Both the position numbers and the translations under genes were made by a program. 64,000 bases of DNA from Trichinella spiralis (taxonomy: Eukaryota): NCBI RefSeq assembly GCF_000181795.1, contig NW_003526940.1, positions 1,654,571-1,718,570 on the forward strand, given 5' to 3'. The number at the start of each line of letters is the position of its first letter. The first letter of the stretch is position 1. This document shows, in pieces, positions 26,961-40,928 of the stretch. The notes under the pieces were generated by a model, which was not told where the DNA came from, ran no database searches, and was given only the letters and a program-made list of their open reading frames with translations.

Positions 26961-28281
26961 TTTTATATTAGCGAATATGGATGCATTTCTTTCTGCAGTG
27001 CGGTATTAACTGCTTTGCATTGCAATGCACCGTAAATATTTTGCCAACCTGTTCAAAGTAAAAGACTATTTCACTGTAGGTTGATGATGTTTTCACTTCC
27101 TTCGGTTTTATGAATTAGTCTCTCTGCAGCGGATGCTAGTTCTGAAGATTTTCCTGTTTAATAATTTTTATTTACTGCATTACTGTAATGATTCACTCAA
27201 AAGCCGAGTTTTATTAGACAGAATGCAAGCAATATACGATATAGAATCATGAGATGATGTTATAGTATTATGTAAGATTATCAGGTAAGACAGCTATGTT
27301 TACTGTACCCACTACAATTACTGTTCTAATTGAAATATCTGTTCTCTATAATCATTTTTCATTGCAATAGTCATATATTGCTGACTTTGAGTATCACTGT
27401 ATATAATGATGATGCAATAAATAAAAATTCAAAATATGATTTATGCAAATTTGTATAAAGGGCTTTTCAAAATTACAGCATTTCAGTGCAAAATAGTTTT
27501 TATCTTTTAAGAATACAGCATTTTTTGATGTTCGAAAAGAATTATTTATTAAAGCACGAATTAGTTTTTAATGATTTTTGAAAATTTATAAAAGACATTT
27601 TCGATCATTAGGGAAGTTCAAATATTTACCAATTTTTTGAATGAGATACACTAATTTCTAACTAAAAGATGAAATCATTAATGAGAAGAAGAAATTTGTA
27701 ATATACAGTAATAATTACAACAGTTTCAGTTAGACATACTGAAATTTTAATTGAAAATGTTCTGATGAAATTTAGAATTTGGCAATTTATTGTGTTTTAT
27801 CAGCGCTTGTTTTTTTCAAAAGTGTGCCATCAAGGTATTACCAATTTCAGTTTTTCCAGAGTCAAAAAAAATCATTTTTTGCTGATGATTATTACCAACG
27901 TTTTTATGAATAAAATCAGAAATTTCCTTAATGTAATATTAACGGGCGTACATTTAAGATTTCTGATTTCTGCACATTTCTTAAAATGTTAATGGTATTT
28001 GACAAAATTTTTTTTGCATATTAAAAGTTGTCAATGCTTTAGCAATGCAAAATAATTAAACTTGCAAAGATAATTGACTTCATGCAATGAGGTTCTGCTA
28101 TAGTAATATTTCCCAATTTTAAGCACATTGCGAATATTCAATTAACAAATGAAAAGAACAAAGAACTATTTTAACAAATATTAACAAATCGCATATTTAA
28201 CATTATTTATTTTTGCATAATATGAATAAAGCGAACGATTGCATATATAATATTGCACATTGTCTTTAGCATAAAATTAAA

Positions 28282-28313
28282 TTATGTTATGTTATGTTAT
28301 GTTATGTTATGTT
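28282..28313. repeat. (TTATG)n pentanucleotide microsatellite
   Basis: About six tandem TTATG units visible. Confidence 0.9.
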
Positions 28314-28432
28314 ACGTATGTTTTAGCAATAAAAAAGCGACTGATAAAAATGCATCTTCAAATCATTAACGTCGAAAAATATGGGCTGTTTCTATTGTAT
28401 TTGGAAAGATTTTCTTAAATTAATATAATTGC

Positions 28433-28877
28433 TGTGAACACAACAGAATTGGTCAGTGGACTGCATAAGGTTGAGACAACTCTTTGGGAAGAGATGACTT
28501 TATTAGATTTAACAACAGCGACAAATTGTTGATTTGATAATCACCAAAAAATCAGCTTCTGCAATCAAAGGTAGCAATCTGTATGGCATTGCACGATGAT
28601 CACACGCACTTGACTTGACGTTAACGGCTCTCGCACGAATCACACCAGCACTCCGCTCTCGACTCGATCTCTCGATTTGACTCCTTGACTTCGCATTTCA
28701 CCGGTTTATATACGGAGCCTACCAATCTCAGGTCCACGATTTAGGACAAAGGAAATTTGATTATCCTTGTCTTGGGACAATTGTAGGCTGCCAATGTGAC
28801 GTATTTTGTTCACTTCCATGCTTCCAGCAAGCATTCCGGCTCTGCTGCGGTGGCGCCATGCTCATTCAGCATTCACA
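28433..28877 (-). mobile_element. Solo LTR-like element (~445 bp)
   Basis: Inverted termini TGTGAA...TTCACA and a GC-rich body. On the minus strand a TATATAAA box (~28706) precedes AATAAA (~28500). No clean TSD. Confidence 0.5.
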
Positions 28878-29667
28878 TTCAAGAAATAATAAGCAAATTA
28901 TCACTGAATCACTAATCCGCAAATTCTCACTGTAAAACTGCGATAAGAAAACAATGGTTTTTCTAGGAAAGCAAGTTCTTAAACATTCATTAATCAGTTA
29001 TTATGGGCAATAATAAGCAGGGGAGTAATTTAAGTGCAAAATAATAAGTATATGTGTTTTAGAGAAGATATTATTTCCTTGTGTTTAATTCATAAAAAAA
29101 TATGGACCGTTTTTCAAAGCTTTGAATGATAAATATCAAATTGACGTCAGCTTTACATGCATGACAGGATGAACAATTTTTTAAGAAAATATTTTTTATT
29201 TTATTAAACAATATGTATTAAATGTCAATAATGTTTCTAAGAATAAAATAAACATAACTGTTGAAAAGCAAAATCTAATTTGACACAGTTGAACAAATTC
29301 TAATGAAATTTATTAAATTAGGCGCAAATATTATTTAAAAAATATAAATAAGTCAGAAGTAATATAAGCTATTCAAATAATTACAATAGCGGAATTTATC
29401 ATCTATGTGTATGTGCTTCTTTTATATTATTATGTTTTTTATATTATTGTAGCACAGAATATTTACAAATTTCCATAGGCATAGTATCAGATGTTGCAAA
29501 AATTATTTGTAATAAACATTCAGTTTATTCATATTGCAATTCAAAAATGCGTATAATTTACTTTTCATACAAGGAAAAGTATAAAAGCATTTGCTGTTAT
29601 TCATTAGTTAGAATCATTAGAATAGAATAAAGTCATAGTTAGAATCAGAAAATATTTCTTATAAAAA

Positions 29668-32077
29668 ATGATCTTCAAGTTTTGCATTTTATTGGTATTT
29701 TTCTTCACCGTTAGCGAAGCTCAGGTAACTACAACTAAAATATAAATATATAAAGCATTTGTAAAAGCGTCTTATTAAACATTCTTGAAAGTTATAAACT
29801 AATTTATCATTGCATAACTGAATTTAATCATCGCTTTAAAATTATTATTGTACAAGGTGAAAATGGAGGAGATGTTTCTCTTTTAATTTCTAAAAATTCG
29901 AAAAATTATATTGTAATAAATATTGGTAATACAGTTAATGAGCGGGTAAGAGATTTGAAAATGAAAATGAAAATGAATATATTTTATTTAAATTTTCATT
30001 TATATTAAAATAACGTTACTTTAAATATTAAAAAACATTTAAATTTGTCGAAACATCGTATGACTTAGTGAAACATTAGCATGCGGTGTTAATTTTAACA
30101 TACAGATGCTTGGTGGAGCAACTCATTGGGTCGAAGTCGATTCATTTGCAATTTAAAAATGCTTCAAAAATATCATTAATGATAGTAATAGAAAGAATGA
30201 GTGGGGCTTGGTAGAATTATCGAAAAACTTCTTTAAAGGTTTACATACTGAAATTCAATTTCTTCTGTCACTGAATACAAAATTTTTTATTTTCACAAAT
30301 TTTAATTTTATTACATTTTACATTTACAAAGCATAACGGTAAAGATTTAATAAACAGGAAGAGCAACCATATATAGCAGTTATTGATTCAACTGATTTGA
30401 GAGAAGAGAATCCTTTCGTATCACAAGAAGCAAAGGATGCGTTATTCAAGTGGAGCTTGAAACAATCATCTGGTGTATATAAGAAACTGATGAAATCAGA
30501 GAAAAGTTCAACAGTGGGAAAAGATACTTCCATAAGAGTTTGGTTACAAGATACAGACTGCCCAATTTTAGAAGTAAGTTTTCAAAAGAATGAAATAATT
30601 AGCATAACTTGAAATCTATCTGCATATGATTCATTGTTTAGAAAAAACTTTCTTCATATGCTGACATCGAAGCAAAATGCAATGGCATGAGCCAGTCCAA
30701 AGATTGCACAATTCGGTTTAAAAATCCAGACATGAAAAAAGTTTCATTAACATGCATAACAAGAAAAGATGTGAGACCGGTAAGGATTCCAGTTCATCTT
30801 AATCATTGAAATATTAAAAGTTTCTTGATTATAGTATTGCAGAATAAAATTATTATAAAATCATTCCATAGATTTAAAATTCTGACATCTTATTGTTTTC
30901 TGTAATAATATTTGGTGATATTTACACTTATATTAATGAACATTTATAAACCAGAAACATTTGATGACAGCATCATTTTAATAATTCAATAATGAATTAT
31001 GCTTCTTCTTACTATTCATCATCATCATTTCTTCTTATTATTCAAATAAAACCAAAGTTAGCTGAACAAATTTTATTTTACATATGTGTTAATTTCAGTT
31101 TCATTTCCTTACTTTACCAGAAACAATTTTAAGAGTTATATATGAGTTACTGAGTTAAAAAATTTTTAGATTTTTAGTAAATAGCGAATCGTGCGTTGAA
31201 ATAAAAATGTTTTAAAAATAAGTAAAACAGTTAAATAAAACAGGCTATGATGAAGCAGTCTGTACCTTTAATGAGAAACTTATTAGGAGCAATAAGATTG
31301 TGAAATCTGCTTTTTTCCTTTGTTTTAAAAATGGAAATGTTTTATTTCAAATTAATTTTAATTTATTATATTTTGCATATAAAATATAAAACTGTAAAAC
31401 TTTGAATAAACAGGCACAGCAATCGGGCATACTAGTTGATGACTCAGCTGATCGGAAAAAAGAATATCCTTCTGTGGCACAACAAGCAAAGGATGCGTTA
31501 TTAAAGTGGAGCTTGAAACAATCATCTGGTGTATATAAAAAGCTAATAAAATCAGAGAAAAGTTCAACAGTGGGAACAGATACTTCCATAAGAGTTTGGT
31601 TGCAAGATACGGACTGCCCAATTTTAGCAGTATGTTTCTGAAATCATAAAATAATTATTAGAGCTTAAAATCTATCTGTATATGACTTATTTTTTAGAAA
31701 AAATTTTCTTCATATAATGATATCGAAGCACAATGCAATGGCATAGGCCAGTCGGAAGATTGCACAATTCAGTTTAAAAATCCAGACATGGCAAAAGTTA
31801 CATTAACATGCATAGTGAGAAAAGACGTAAAACCGGTAAGGATTCTAATTTAAAATGATAATTAAATCTTTGAAAGTTTTTTGATTACAGTATGAAAAAG
31901 AAAGATTACTATCAAATACACTAATTGCATAAAGAATTTAATATTTCAGGAACCTTCATTGACAGTGATGTATAAGGTTTATTTTCATTTAACTGCCATT
32001 TAATTATCTGCATAATTAAAATTTCAAAAATTAATTATTATATTTAATGAAAGCATTTGTTTTAGGATTTAAAATAG
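29668..32077 (+). CDS. Secreted multi-cystatin-like domain protein (two tandem cystatin-like domains; Trichinella MCD-1-like)
   Basis: Signal exon MIFKFCILLVFFFTVSEAQ. Duplicated exon pairs (~30358-30779, ~31412-31835) encode AKDALxKWSLKQSSGVYKKL..SEKSSTVG..SIRVWLQDTDCP..C..DCTI, resembling recalled MCD-1 repeats. Predicted last exon DLK* ends at 32077. Confidence 0.72.
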
Positions 32078-34181
32078 AACTTCCTTTCTGGTACATTAGT
32101 AAAATCCCAAAATAATATTCAATTTACAGTATGATTTGAAATTAAAGTCGGCAAGATCAAAATCATTATATAATGCTTTTATATGCTACAAATTTTAATT
32201 TCAAGGTTTGACAATAATTTAAAAAATATCACAGCATTTTTCATTGTATTTCTACATAATATTTGATAATAATATTGCATATTATTCTGAACTGAATTCA
32301 TTCATATTCTGAATTGAAATGGAAAATGAAATTGTCAGCTCTCAGAAAGAAATTGCATGAACACACCGCAGTTAAAAGCAACATTATTGTGTGGTATTAT
32401 TGAAAATTTTATATGCGAATATTAAATAGAAACAGCTAAATTAAATAAAAATAAAAGTAGAATATTTTGTCAAATATTTGCTCCTCTACTAATGCGTGAA
32501 TTAATTAATTAGAATATTTCACTTTTCAATTTGTTTAAAATCACATGTGTTACTAAAGATTTCTCATTATTTGTAGATTGTACTACAGAGCAGCCAAAAT
32601 TTGGATGGAACAAGTGCATATGGTGATTCAGATGATGTCTCAAAACAAAGAATATAATTTTTAGCTTTATTTCTTAAATTAAATCTAGACATAGGACTTG
32701 CATATGAGTTTTGATTGTAAATGGTCAAAAACTGATTTTGATTATAGTCAGAAAACAAACGTTACTTCTCAGCTGTTGAAATCACAATAAAAATGCACAT
32801 ATTGTAAAGCAATATTTTGGCATTTGTGAATTAATTTCACATTTTTAAGATTATTTTTTTTTATACATTTATTATTTTAATTCAGAAATAAATACCATAC
32901 AGATTCAATTATTTCAACAAATGAGAAAATGAATTGTGTTCACATCATTTTTATTTATAGTACTACAGTGCGGTAGCTATCAGATATTTATGACTGTGAA
33001 GAATGATAGACTTTCTACTCAGGTGAGAAAACAAAAACAGCTGCATGAAAATACAATCTGTTGTTTCTTCTACACTTAGGATGTCTTCCAAAAGCTTAAG
33101 AAATGCACTTATATCAGCCGTACTATTGTATCGTTTCAATATGAAAACTCATAATGTAATTTTTAAAGAAAATGACTGATTCTTCACAGTTGCCTAGAAA
33201 ACATAATGCGTGATGCAAATCCATCACAAAATGCTCTCAACGAACTCAAATGTGAACCATTTCAAGGCGTAATGTGCAGAAATCACTAAAAATAACATTC
33301 ACTTATCATGTAACGATCCAAACGCGGCCAAATTCGAATATTATAAATCGCTGCATATAATGAATATTCATTTCACTTTTTATTAAAATTGGAAGAAAAT
33401 GCTCGTTTATCACTTGATAATGCTGCGAAGAAAATCAAATTGCATGCACATCGTTGTGAATGTTGATGAAGAGCTGTCAAAATTATCATTCAAATTTTCC
33501 TGCTGTAAAGGAAAGATTTGTAATCACTTTTATTAAATGTACATATAATTATTATTTAAAGTTGAATTTGATTTCAATGCTTGCAAATATTTCAAGGTAT
33601 TTTTTTTCAGAAATTCACAATTACCACTTTTTCAAATTTGAAATTTAATTTATGCTGAAATAATAAATACTGAGATAAAAATTACTGGCTAATGAAATAA
33701 GATTTCAATCAAACATGTTCAAATCCGTGCAGCAAACATTCATAAACAGCTGCTATTGACGACAGTTGCCATTTGTCGCATGTCAACAAGCAAGTTTAAA
33801 CTTGCATGTTGTACGTTGTTTTTTGCATGCTTGTTTTGTTGAAAAAGCACGAAGCGGTAAAAATAAGCATGCACAATAATTACATGACAGTAATATTATA
33901 GATATAAAATAAAGATAACATGACGGTGACAGATAAAATGACAGACAACATACTCGTGTAACAATAACAAAGAAGTAAAAAAAATCAAACTGATTTAACA
34001 ATGCGAGTACAAGTGAATTGCTATTTTTGAATATTGGTTAGTATAACAATATGAACAAGTGTAAGTTTTACAAGAGAATAAAAATTAGTAGTAATAGCAG
34101 TAGTAGAGATGATAAATAAAATAAGTATAACATTATAATTAATATCTGCATTTGAAATATCTCGACGACAGTGTTCGTTCG

Positions 34182-37100
34182 CTAGTTGATATTGGAGGAT
34201 GCGTCAGATAATTCATTTGGACTAGGTGGCGGATTCCGTGGACTTCTGGTTAAATATGGACGCTGCTTGTTCACTGCACAACGACGAATTACACTCGACG
34301 CCACACTACCGCTGCTTCTTGGAGAAGGCGGAGGTGGAACTGGATTACTACTTCCGCTTAACAATGGTTGACTAGCATTGGAATCGATTTCTTCTTGTTC
34401 TATTGCTAAATCCTCTGGCTCTTCTTCTTCTTCTTCTGTTATTTTCTCGTCATCATGTTTTTCTTTTTTCTCTACAGTTGATTTTGTTGCCATTTCTGGA
34501 AACGATTCCGCAATTGCAATCGAGCCGATCATTTTCGGTTTCGCTTTACATATAGCTGCTAAATTGCTCATTTCCACCGATGCTGAATACGGTGGTGGTG
34601 GTGAATTTCCACGATAACAACTGAATGGATGAAATGGCGCCGCTTCGCCGACGGCAAACAACGATGCATTACGGTTTGCTTGAAGTAGCCATTTTCCGAT
34701 TCGCTGAGCATCACTACTGCAGGTCGAAACCACTGTTCCACTGACTGGACTTGGAGGAGGATTGATCGGAGGCAATGTGATACCTATTTTTACACCACTG
34801 TCGCTATTACTGCTGCTCGATTTTCCAGTCAAATCTGGCCGACTGTGCAACGGTTCAACCGATCTACTAAGGATTGACGGTTTACCAACACCAAGACGAT
34901 AACTGAAAAATGACAAAAGAAGGAAAAAATTATGCAAAAAAAAAAGAACTCATCAATCAATAAACAAACATTCGACAATATCTGTTTAGAAATTTTGCCT
35001 GGCAAATCATACCGATATTCAACTGTGGTCGATACGGTCCTAGCACCGCTCCCTTCTGCCGTAGTTGTATTCACCAGTTCAATTTCTACTGGTTGCACAT
35101 TCAATCCGTTCGGTCGACGACAAAAAGCATACATCACTAACAGAAGCACAGAAAACACACCAAAACCGACGACAACGACAATTATGTAAGTGACTGCATC
35201 TTTGGTAGGAAAAATTAGCTTTTTCCACTTTGAACCTGACTCTGATGCACCGCAGTACAGTTCATCACTTCCATCTTGACACTGTTTCACTCCATCACAA
35301 AGCCATGATCTCGCAATGCACACACCAGAATGAGGTTCTAAATACAGGGGGAGGAAAGGGAAAGGAGAGACAAAAAACAAAGCTAAATTTCATCATCGTG
35401 TTCAAAAATAACAAAACATCCTTACCTGGACCAGCACAGTGAAACTGATTCGCAGGTTCACTACAGAAGCAATATTCATCAGAGCCATCTTCACAATCCG
35501 GCTGACCGTCGCAGATGTTGAGTCGATGAATACATTTGCGCTCGTTGGCGCATTCAAACTCGTCCAACTGACATCGTATGCACGTTTCACTTTCGTCACT
35601 TCCGTCCGCGCAATGAACCACTTTGTCACAATAATTACTGTGATCAATGCATTGCAATTTATCTTTACACTGCCATTCCCACTGGCGACACTGGACGACG
35701 GGCAAACATCTGACTCCACTGCTGTCCAACGCCATGTTCTCGGGACAAGCGCACTCTGCTTCCAACGGGCGATTATCCGGTTCAACTTTCAACAAGCACA
35801 AATGACTGCAACGCTTCTGCAAGCACGGACTTCGGCCGATCACGGCCATACCTGCCGTGTCGCCGTCGACTGCCAAAACGCTGGTCAAATCACGCAAACG
35901 TTCCACAACCGTTTCCCGACCATTTCCAGAATTTTTGTTCACCATCTCAACTTTGTTCACACCTTGGTTAACGAAGTACATCGTCTGCTTGAAAATTGTC
36001 AAACTGGACGGATGATCAACGTGGTAGACCAGCGTCTTTCTGCTTCGACCCCTGCAATCAACGCTCGATATGTACTTATAGCCCAGATCAATCCAAAAAA
36101 TTCGATTTCCGTCCCCGTCAAAAGTCAAAGCTTCCGGATGAGCAATATTTTCAGACACGATGAAGTGACAATTCGAGCCATCCATATGACACAGAACAAG
36201 TCCTGCGGGAGGTCCGTGATTTGCAAACAGCAAATATCTAATCGAATATTATTTGTTATTTTTCTCGTGTTGCATTTTGAAAAAAAAATCTGTTTAATGC
36301 ACACCTCTTCTTAGGGAACAAACTCACAGCCCGAGGTCTGTATTCAGGTGACGCTACAATACCACCCAGCGGTCGAATATCGTTGCTGTTGAAAATTCGT
36401 GTCGCGTTCAAGGTGTTCGTATGTTCACAACTCCAAAACATCGTCTGCGAATACGGGTCGAAAGCTATATCATACGGAGGCTGTTCAGCGTCGAATCGAG
36501 ACAATTTTATCTCTTCAGTCTGTATAGATTATAAAATTTGAAAAAAATAAATTTCTAAATGCTTTCATGTGATATGGACGTAAACAGAAAACAAATACAC
36601 CATTACCGTTCTACCACTGTCCATTGCCCATCTGAGGGTGTTTCTGCTCATTTTGTGGTCCGAAACGGTGCTCAACCAGAATATCCGCCTGTTCAACGGA
36701 TCATATTGCAACGAACGTACGCTGGTCTGTTGATTAAACGGCAAAGTCATCATCGGATAATCGTCAATGTCGTGTCGATCTTTCACTTTCAACCGAAGAA
36801 TGAAACCATTGTGGGATATCAGTAGAAACGTCTCCGGTGCTGCAGAAAGTTGATCAGTGAGATGAGTTTCAATATTAAAACACGAAATTAATTACCAACG
36901 CAAGACCGACGGTCGGCAGCAAGGGCGAAGTGAGTTGGACACGCACAACGGCAAGATCGATCCGGTGCGGAAATGAACAAACTTTCACAGTGTCTTTTCT
37001 TTATCACGCACTGGTTCCAACCTGAAAATCCAAATCCACAATTGGACGAGTAAAAAGAAACAGAGAATCGAGATTTAAAAAAATTTGAAATGCAATGAAA

Positions 37101-40100
37101 AGCTCGAATCAACCTTTCTGCTTCAGCGCGTGCACGGCAACCAAGTTGATGATGAAATGCAAATCCAAGTGCAAAGTTGAACGATTTTTGCCGGTTGTTT
37201 TGTCGCAAATTTCAATAGCCTGCTTTCTCCAATTTGCCCAGTACAAAAAGTCGCCGTATTCGGTCAACACGTACGGCTGTATGGACCGTTCGCGTACAAT
37301 CAGCCGACGCGCACTTCCGGTCAAATCGATCGACTGGATACTGGGCATGTCCACTTCTGACCAGTAGAGTCGATCGTTGACGTAGTCGACAGTCAACGCG
37401 AATATCCGGCCCACATCTTTCAACAGTGTGATTCGATTTCGTCCGTCCAATTCGGCGCGTTCCAGCCGCGGCGGTCCCAACCATTCGGCCCAGTACAAAT
37501 ATCCAACAACGGGATGCACGACCAACGCCCTTGGATTAGTGCCACGCCAGACCACTATTCGCCTAGATTTGCCGTTCAAGTCGGCCATTTCGATCATGTG
37601 ATGACCCGAGTCGGACCAGTACATGTTCTCGGCTAGCCAGTCGATGGCGAACCCTTCGGGATGTTCAATACTCGAATTGATCAGAACTTCAATTCCACTC
37701 CCATTCATGTACGCTCGAGATATGATCTGTGAAATAGAAATTTTCACATACTTAATAATGCAGTTCAGTTGGAAAATTTACTCCCGACGATCCGTATCTT
37801 CCTGTCCAAAATATTTTATTCTGACTGTAGCAATAGTCGAGTGCAATTGGTTGACTGACATTCAACAAACGAAGCCGATCCAAATTCGCTAATGTGCTGG
37901 ATAGCGAAACTCGCAAAATATCGTTCTAAAAGCATCAAACGTATATATATATATTGGAAATGTAAAATATTTGTTTAATCCTACATTATCCCGTTGAGTG
38001 AACATCAAAAATGCAACTGGAACTGTGCATGTTGTGCCATCTTCACCAAGTTCCCAACCTATGGGACAAAGACAAACTCGACCAGTAGGACGATAAAGAC
38101 ACAAGTGAGAACAATTTCCATTTCGAATACTGCAGTCGTTTGTAATGTCTGAAATTACAAATCTCTTATTATTTTTCACACAGCTCTGCTCTTTTATTAA
38201 TAGAACAATCTTACGGAGAACTTTTGTCGAATAAGCCGCTTTGATACCCATCAAATCAGCCATGTTTTCATGCAAATCGGTTTGATCTTTTCCGTCAACT
38301 TTATGAGCACGGCACAATGACCGTCGCTCCCAATCACTCCAGTATACATAGTCGCCTAAACAATATTAATAATAACAAAAATAATATTCAAAATGTTCAA
38401 GTGGAAAAATTACCCAACAATGAGAAACCGTAAATGTGACCGTGGGATTGTCTAAGTGTTACACGTCTGCTCAGAGCGTCGACCATGTCGGCACTTTCAA
38501 TTATACCGACCGTCGCTTCAGCCCAGTAGACACGTCCATTTTCAATGTCCAACGCAAGACCGTTCGGCCAACGCTTGGCATTGAAACTGATCCAAGTTGA
38601 CCGTGAAGAACCATCCAAATAGGCACGTTCAATTTTCGGTTTTGCTTCATCCCAATCTGACCAGAACAGCAATCTGCACAAAAAAAACAACAATTAAATA
38701 TTTATTTTTTTAAAATTTATTCAATAAAAGTGTAAAGTGTACCCTCTCATAGGGTCGACAGCTATGGCTCGAGGTTGACTCAAACCTGTGGAGATCAAAA
38801 TTCTTCTTGCCGTGCCATCCGAACGGGCTACTTCGATGCGATCCATTTGCGCATCAGTCCAATAAACATTCCTAGCAACCCAATCAAACGCAATACCATC
38901 GGATAAACCGAATTCGTTCATCACAATGTCGGTCTCTTCTACAATTTAAATCGATACGTTTTTCAAAAAGCTTCGTTATTCAATGCAAAAAATAAAAATT
39001 TCATCATCACCTGAACCGTCAAGTTTTGCTCGGCGAATCATTTTCTGATCATTGTCTGACCAATAAACAAATTTCTCCACTGGATCATAGTCAACAGCTA
39101 CCGCTTGTTTAATACTTTGCACGTTCAACGCGTAATCTGAATAATCCGGTGTATCTAAAGACAATATGCGAATATCCGAACGCCGAGCCACTATTAAAAT
39201 TTCTTCAGGACCTGAAAATGAAAAATACACACATTTACACATGTGCATATGCAAAATTGATTTCGAAAAAAAAAAACAAATTACCATCAAGACAAGTAAT
39301 ATTATCAGGAGACATTTTCACACCCGTCGGACAACCGCAGGACCAATACGGTGCTTCAGGTATCAGAAAACATAAATGACTGCAAACAGCATTATTTTCA
39401 CATGGATTTTCTTCTTCTGAAAGAAAAACATATATGTAGTAAATAATAGTTTTTCACATAATCTCAAACACTAAAGAACTCACTATTCGGCTGGGAACGT
39501 GAATCATAAATTTTCAAAGCGTACGGCTTGATCTGATGTACCCGCAATCGTTCCGGACGTACGCAGCCTTTTATTGAACACCAAAAAATGCCAGCATCAT
39601 AAATATCACTCCAAAAAACTAACGACTAAAATTTAACTTGAATAAAATCGTTTCCTCCAATAATAATATTTAGTGTGCAAATGTGAACCTCAAAAACTGC
39701 CAGTACAAATGGACGAGACAAATTTTTCACTACAACAATTAACATGGAGCCGTCGAGACGAGTGGATAAAATTCGATTGTCGTCGTTGTCAATCCAATAA
39801 ATTCGTCCCTCGCCGTGGTGGACGGTCAAACTTTTTGGCAATGAATAACCCGATCTGAAAATCGTCTTACGATGACTGCCATCCAGCCACGCCCTTTCGA
39901 TTGAATGTCGGTGAGCGAAATTGTGAAAAAAGATATAACTGTCGAAAAAGAAGAAAAAATTCATTTGTATTTTCAAAAATTTTATTCATAAATATTCTCA
40001 TTTATTATTGTACCTGTGAATCGGATCAACTGCGATGCCGTGAACGTTGTGCAAATTTTCAAAAATTAGCACTTTGCGATAAGCTGGCATGTGATCAACG

Positions 40101-40928
40101 TTGACCACTTCGATTCGATTTGTTTCCAAATCGTACCAGTAAACTTTATTCGTTACCCATTCGACGGATATTGATCCAGAAGATGGGAAAACAATTCGAG
40201 CAACCACTGATAGTTCCTGTTATTTGAAAATATAAATTAAAAAAAATAAATAAACATAAATAAATAAATATATATATATATATTATTGCACATAACAACT
40301 TCATTCATTCATTCATTAAAAATACTTTTATCTTCAAAACTATTATTATAATTGCAATATTAACTATACAATTAAATTACTATTACTAAGAATTCTTACA
40401 TATATATATAATACATATGATTCTTATACTTTACTCTCTTCATCTGAATAATTATTCCATCAACTCCATTAAATTTTGTCCTGTTGCAACTAAGAAAAAC
40501 AAAAAAATTTGCTCAAAATAAACTTTTTTCTATGTCTAAACTATTTCTAAATTTTAAAAATGCACAAAAATAAAATCTTTAATAAAAAGTGTAATTTTTA
40601 TTGATGATCATACTTGATGTGTTCCTCTAACATTTATTTTAACAAGCTGGTCATGATTGTCTGTGTAAAAGACCAGATCATCTTTGATGAGCACATCCAT
40701 CGCCATGCAGCTTTCCAAATGACGCACAACTGCAGTGTAATTCTTTTTATTCTCATCGTACGATACAATACCAATTTCTTCAGTTTGATTTAAAACCATA
40801 AATTTGGGGAAATTCTCTATACAAAAAAATATGTATAAGGAAAACACACAAAAAAATATTTTTCACATACCCGGCGAACCGATACAGTGGAGCGAGAGCA
40901 AAATTAGGAAAACATTAACAATATACAT
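34182..40928 (-). CDS. LRP5/6: LRP5/6 (arrow)-type Wnt co-receptor, multi-exon
   Basis: Signal peptide (ATG 40928), four YWTD-propeller/EGF modules ([42 protein letters not shown]), three LDL-A repeats ending DGSDE, a TM helix, and a cytoplasmic tail with PPPSP motifs. Confidence 0.92.

Noticed and set aside
35439..36314. 291-aa plus-strand ORF and other antisense ORFs over LRP5/6 and HIPK exons
   Set aside because: Shadow ORFs on the opposite strand of GC-richer coding exons, with no recognisable motifs.
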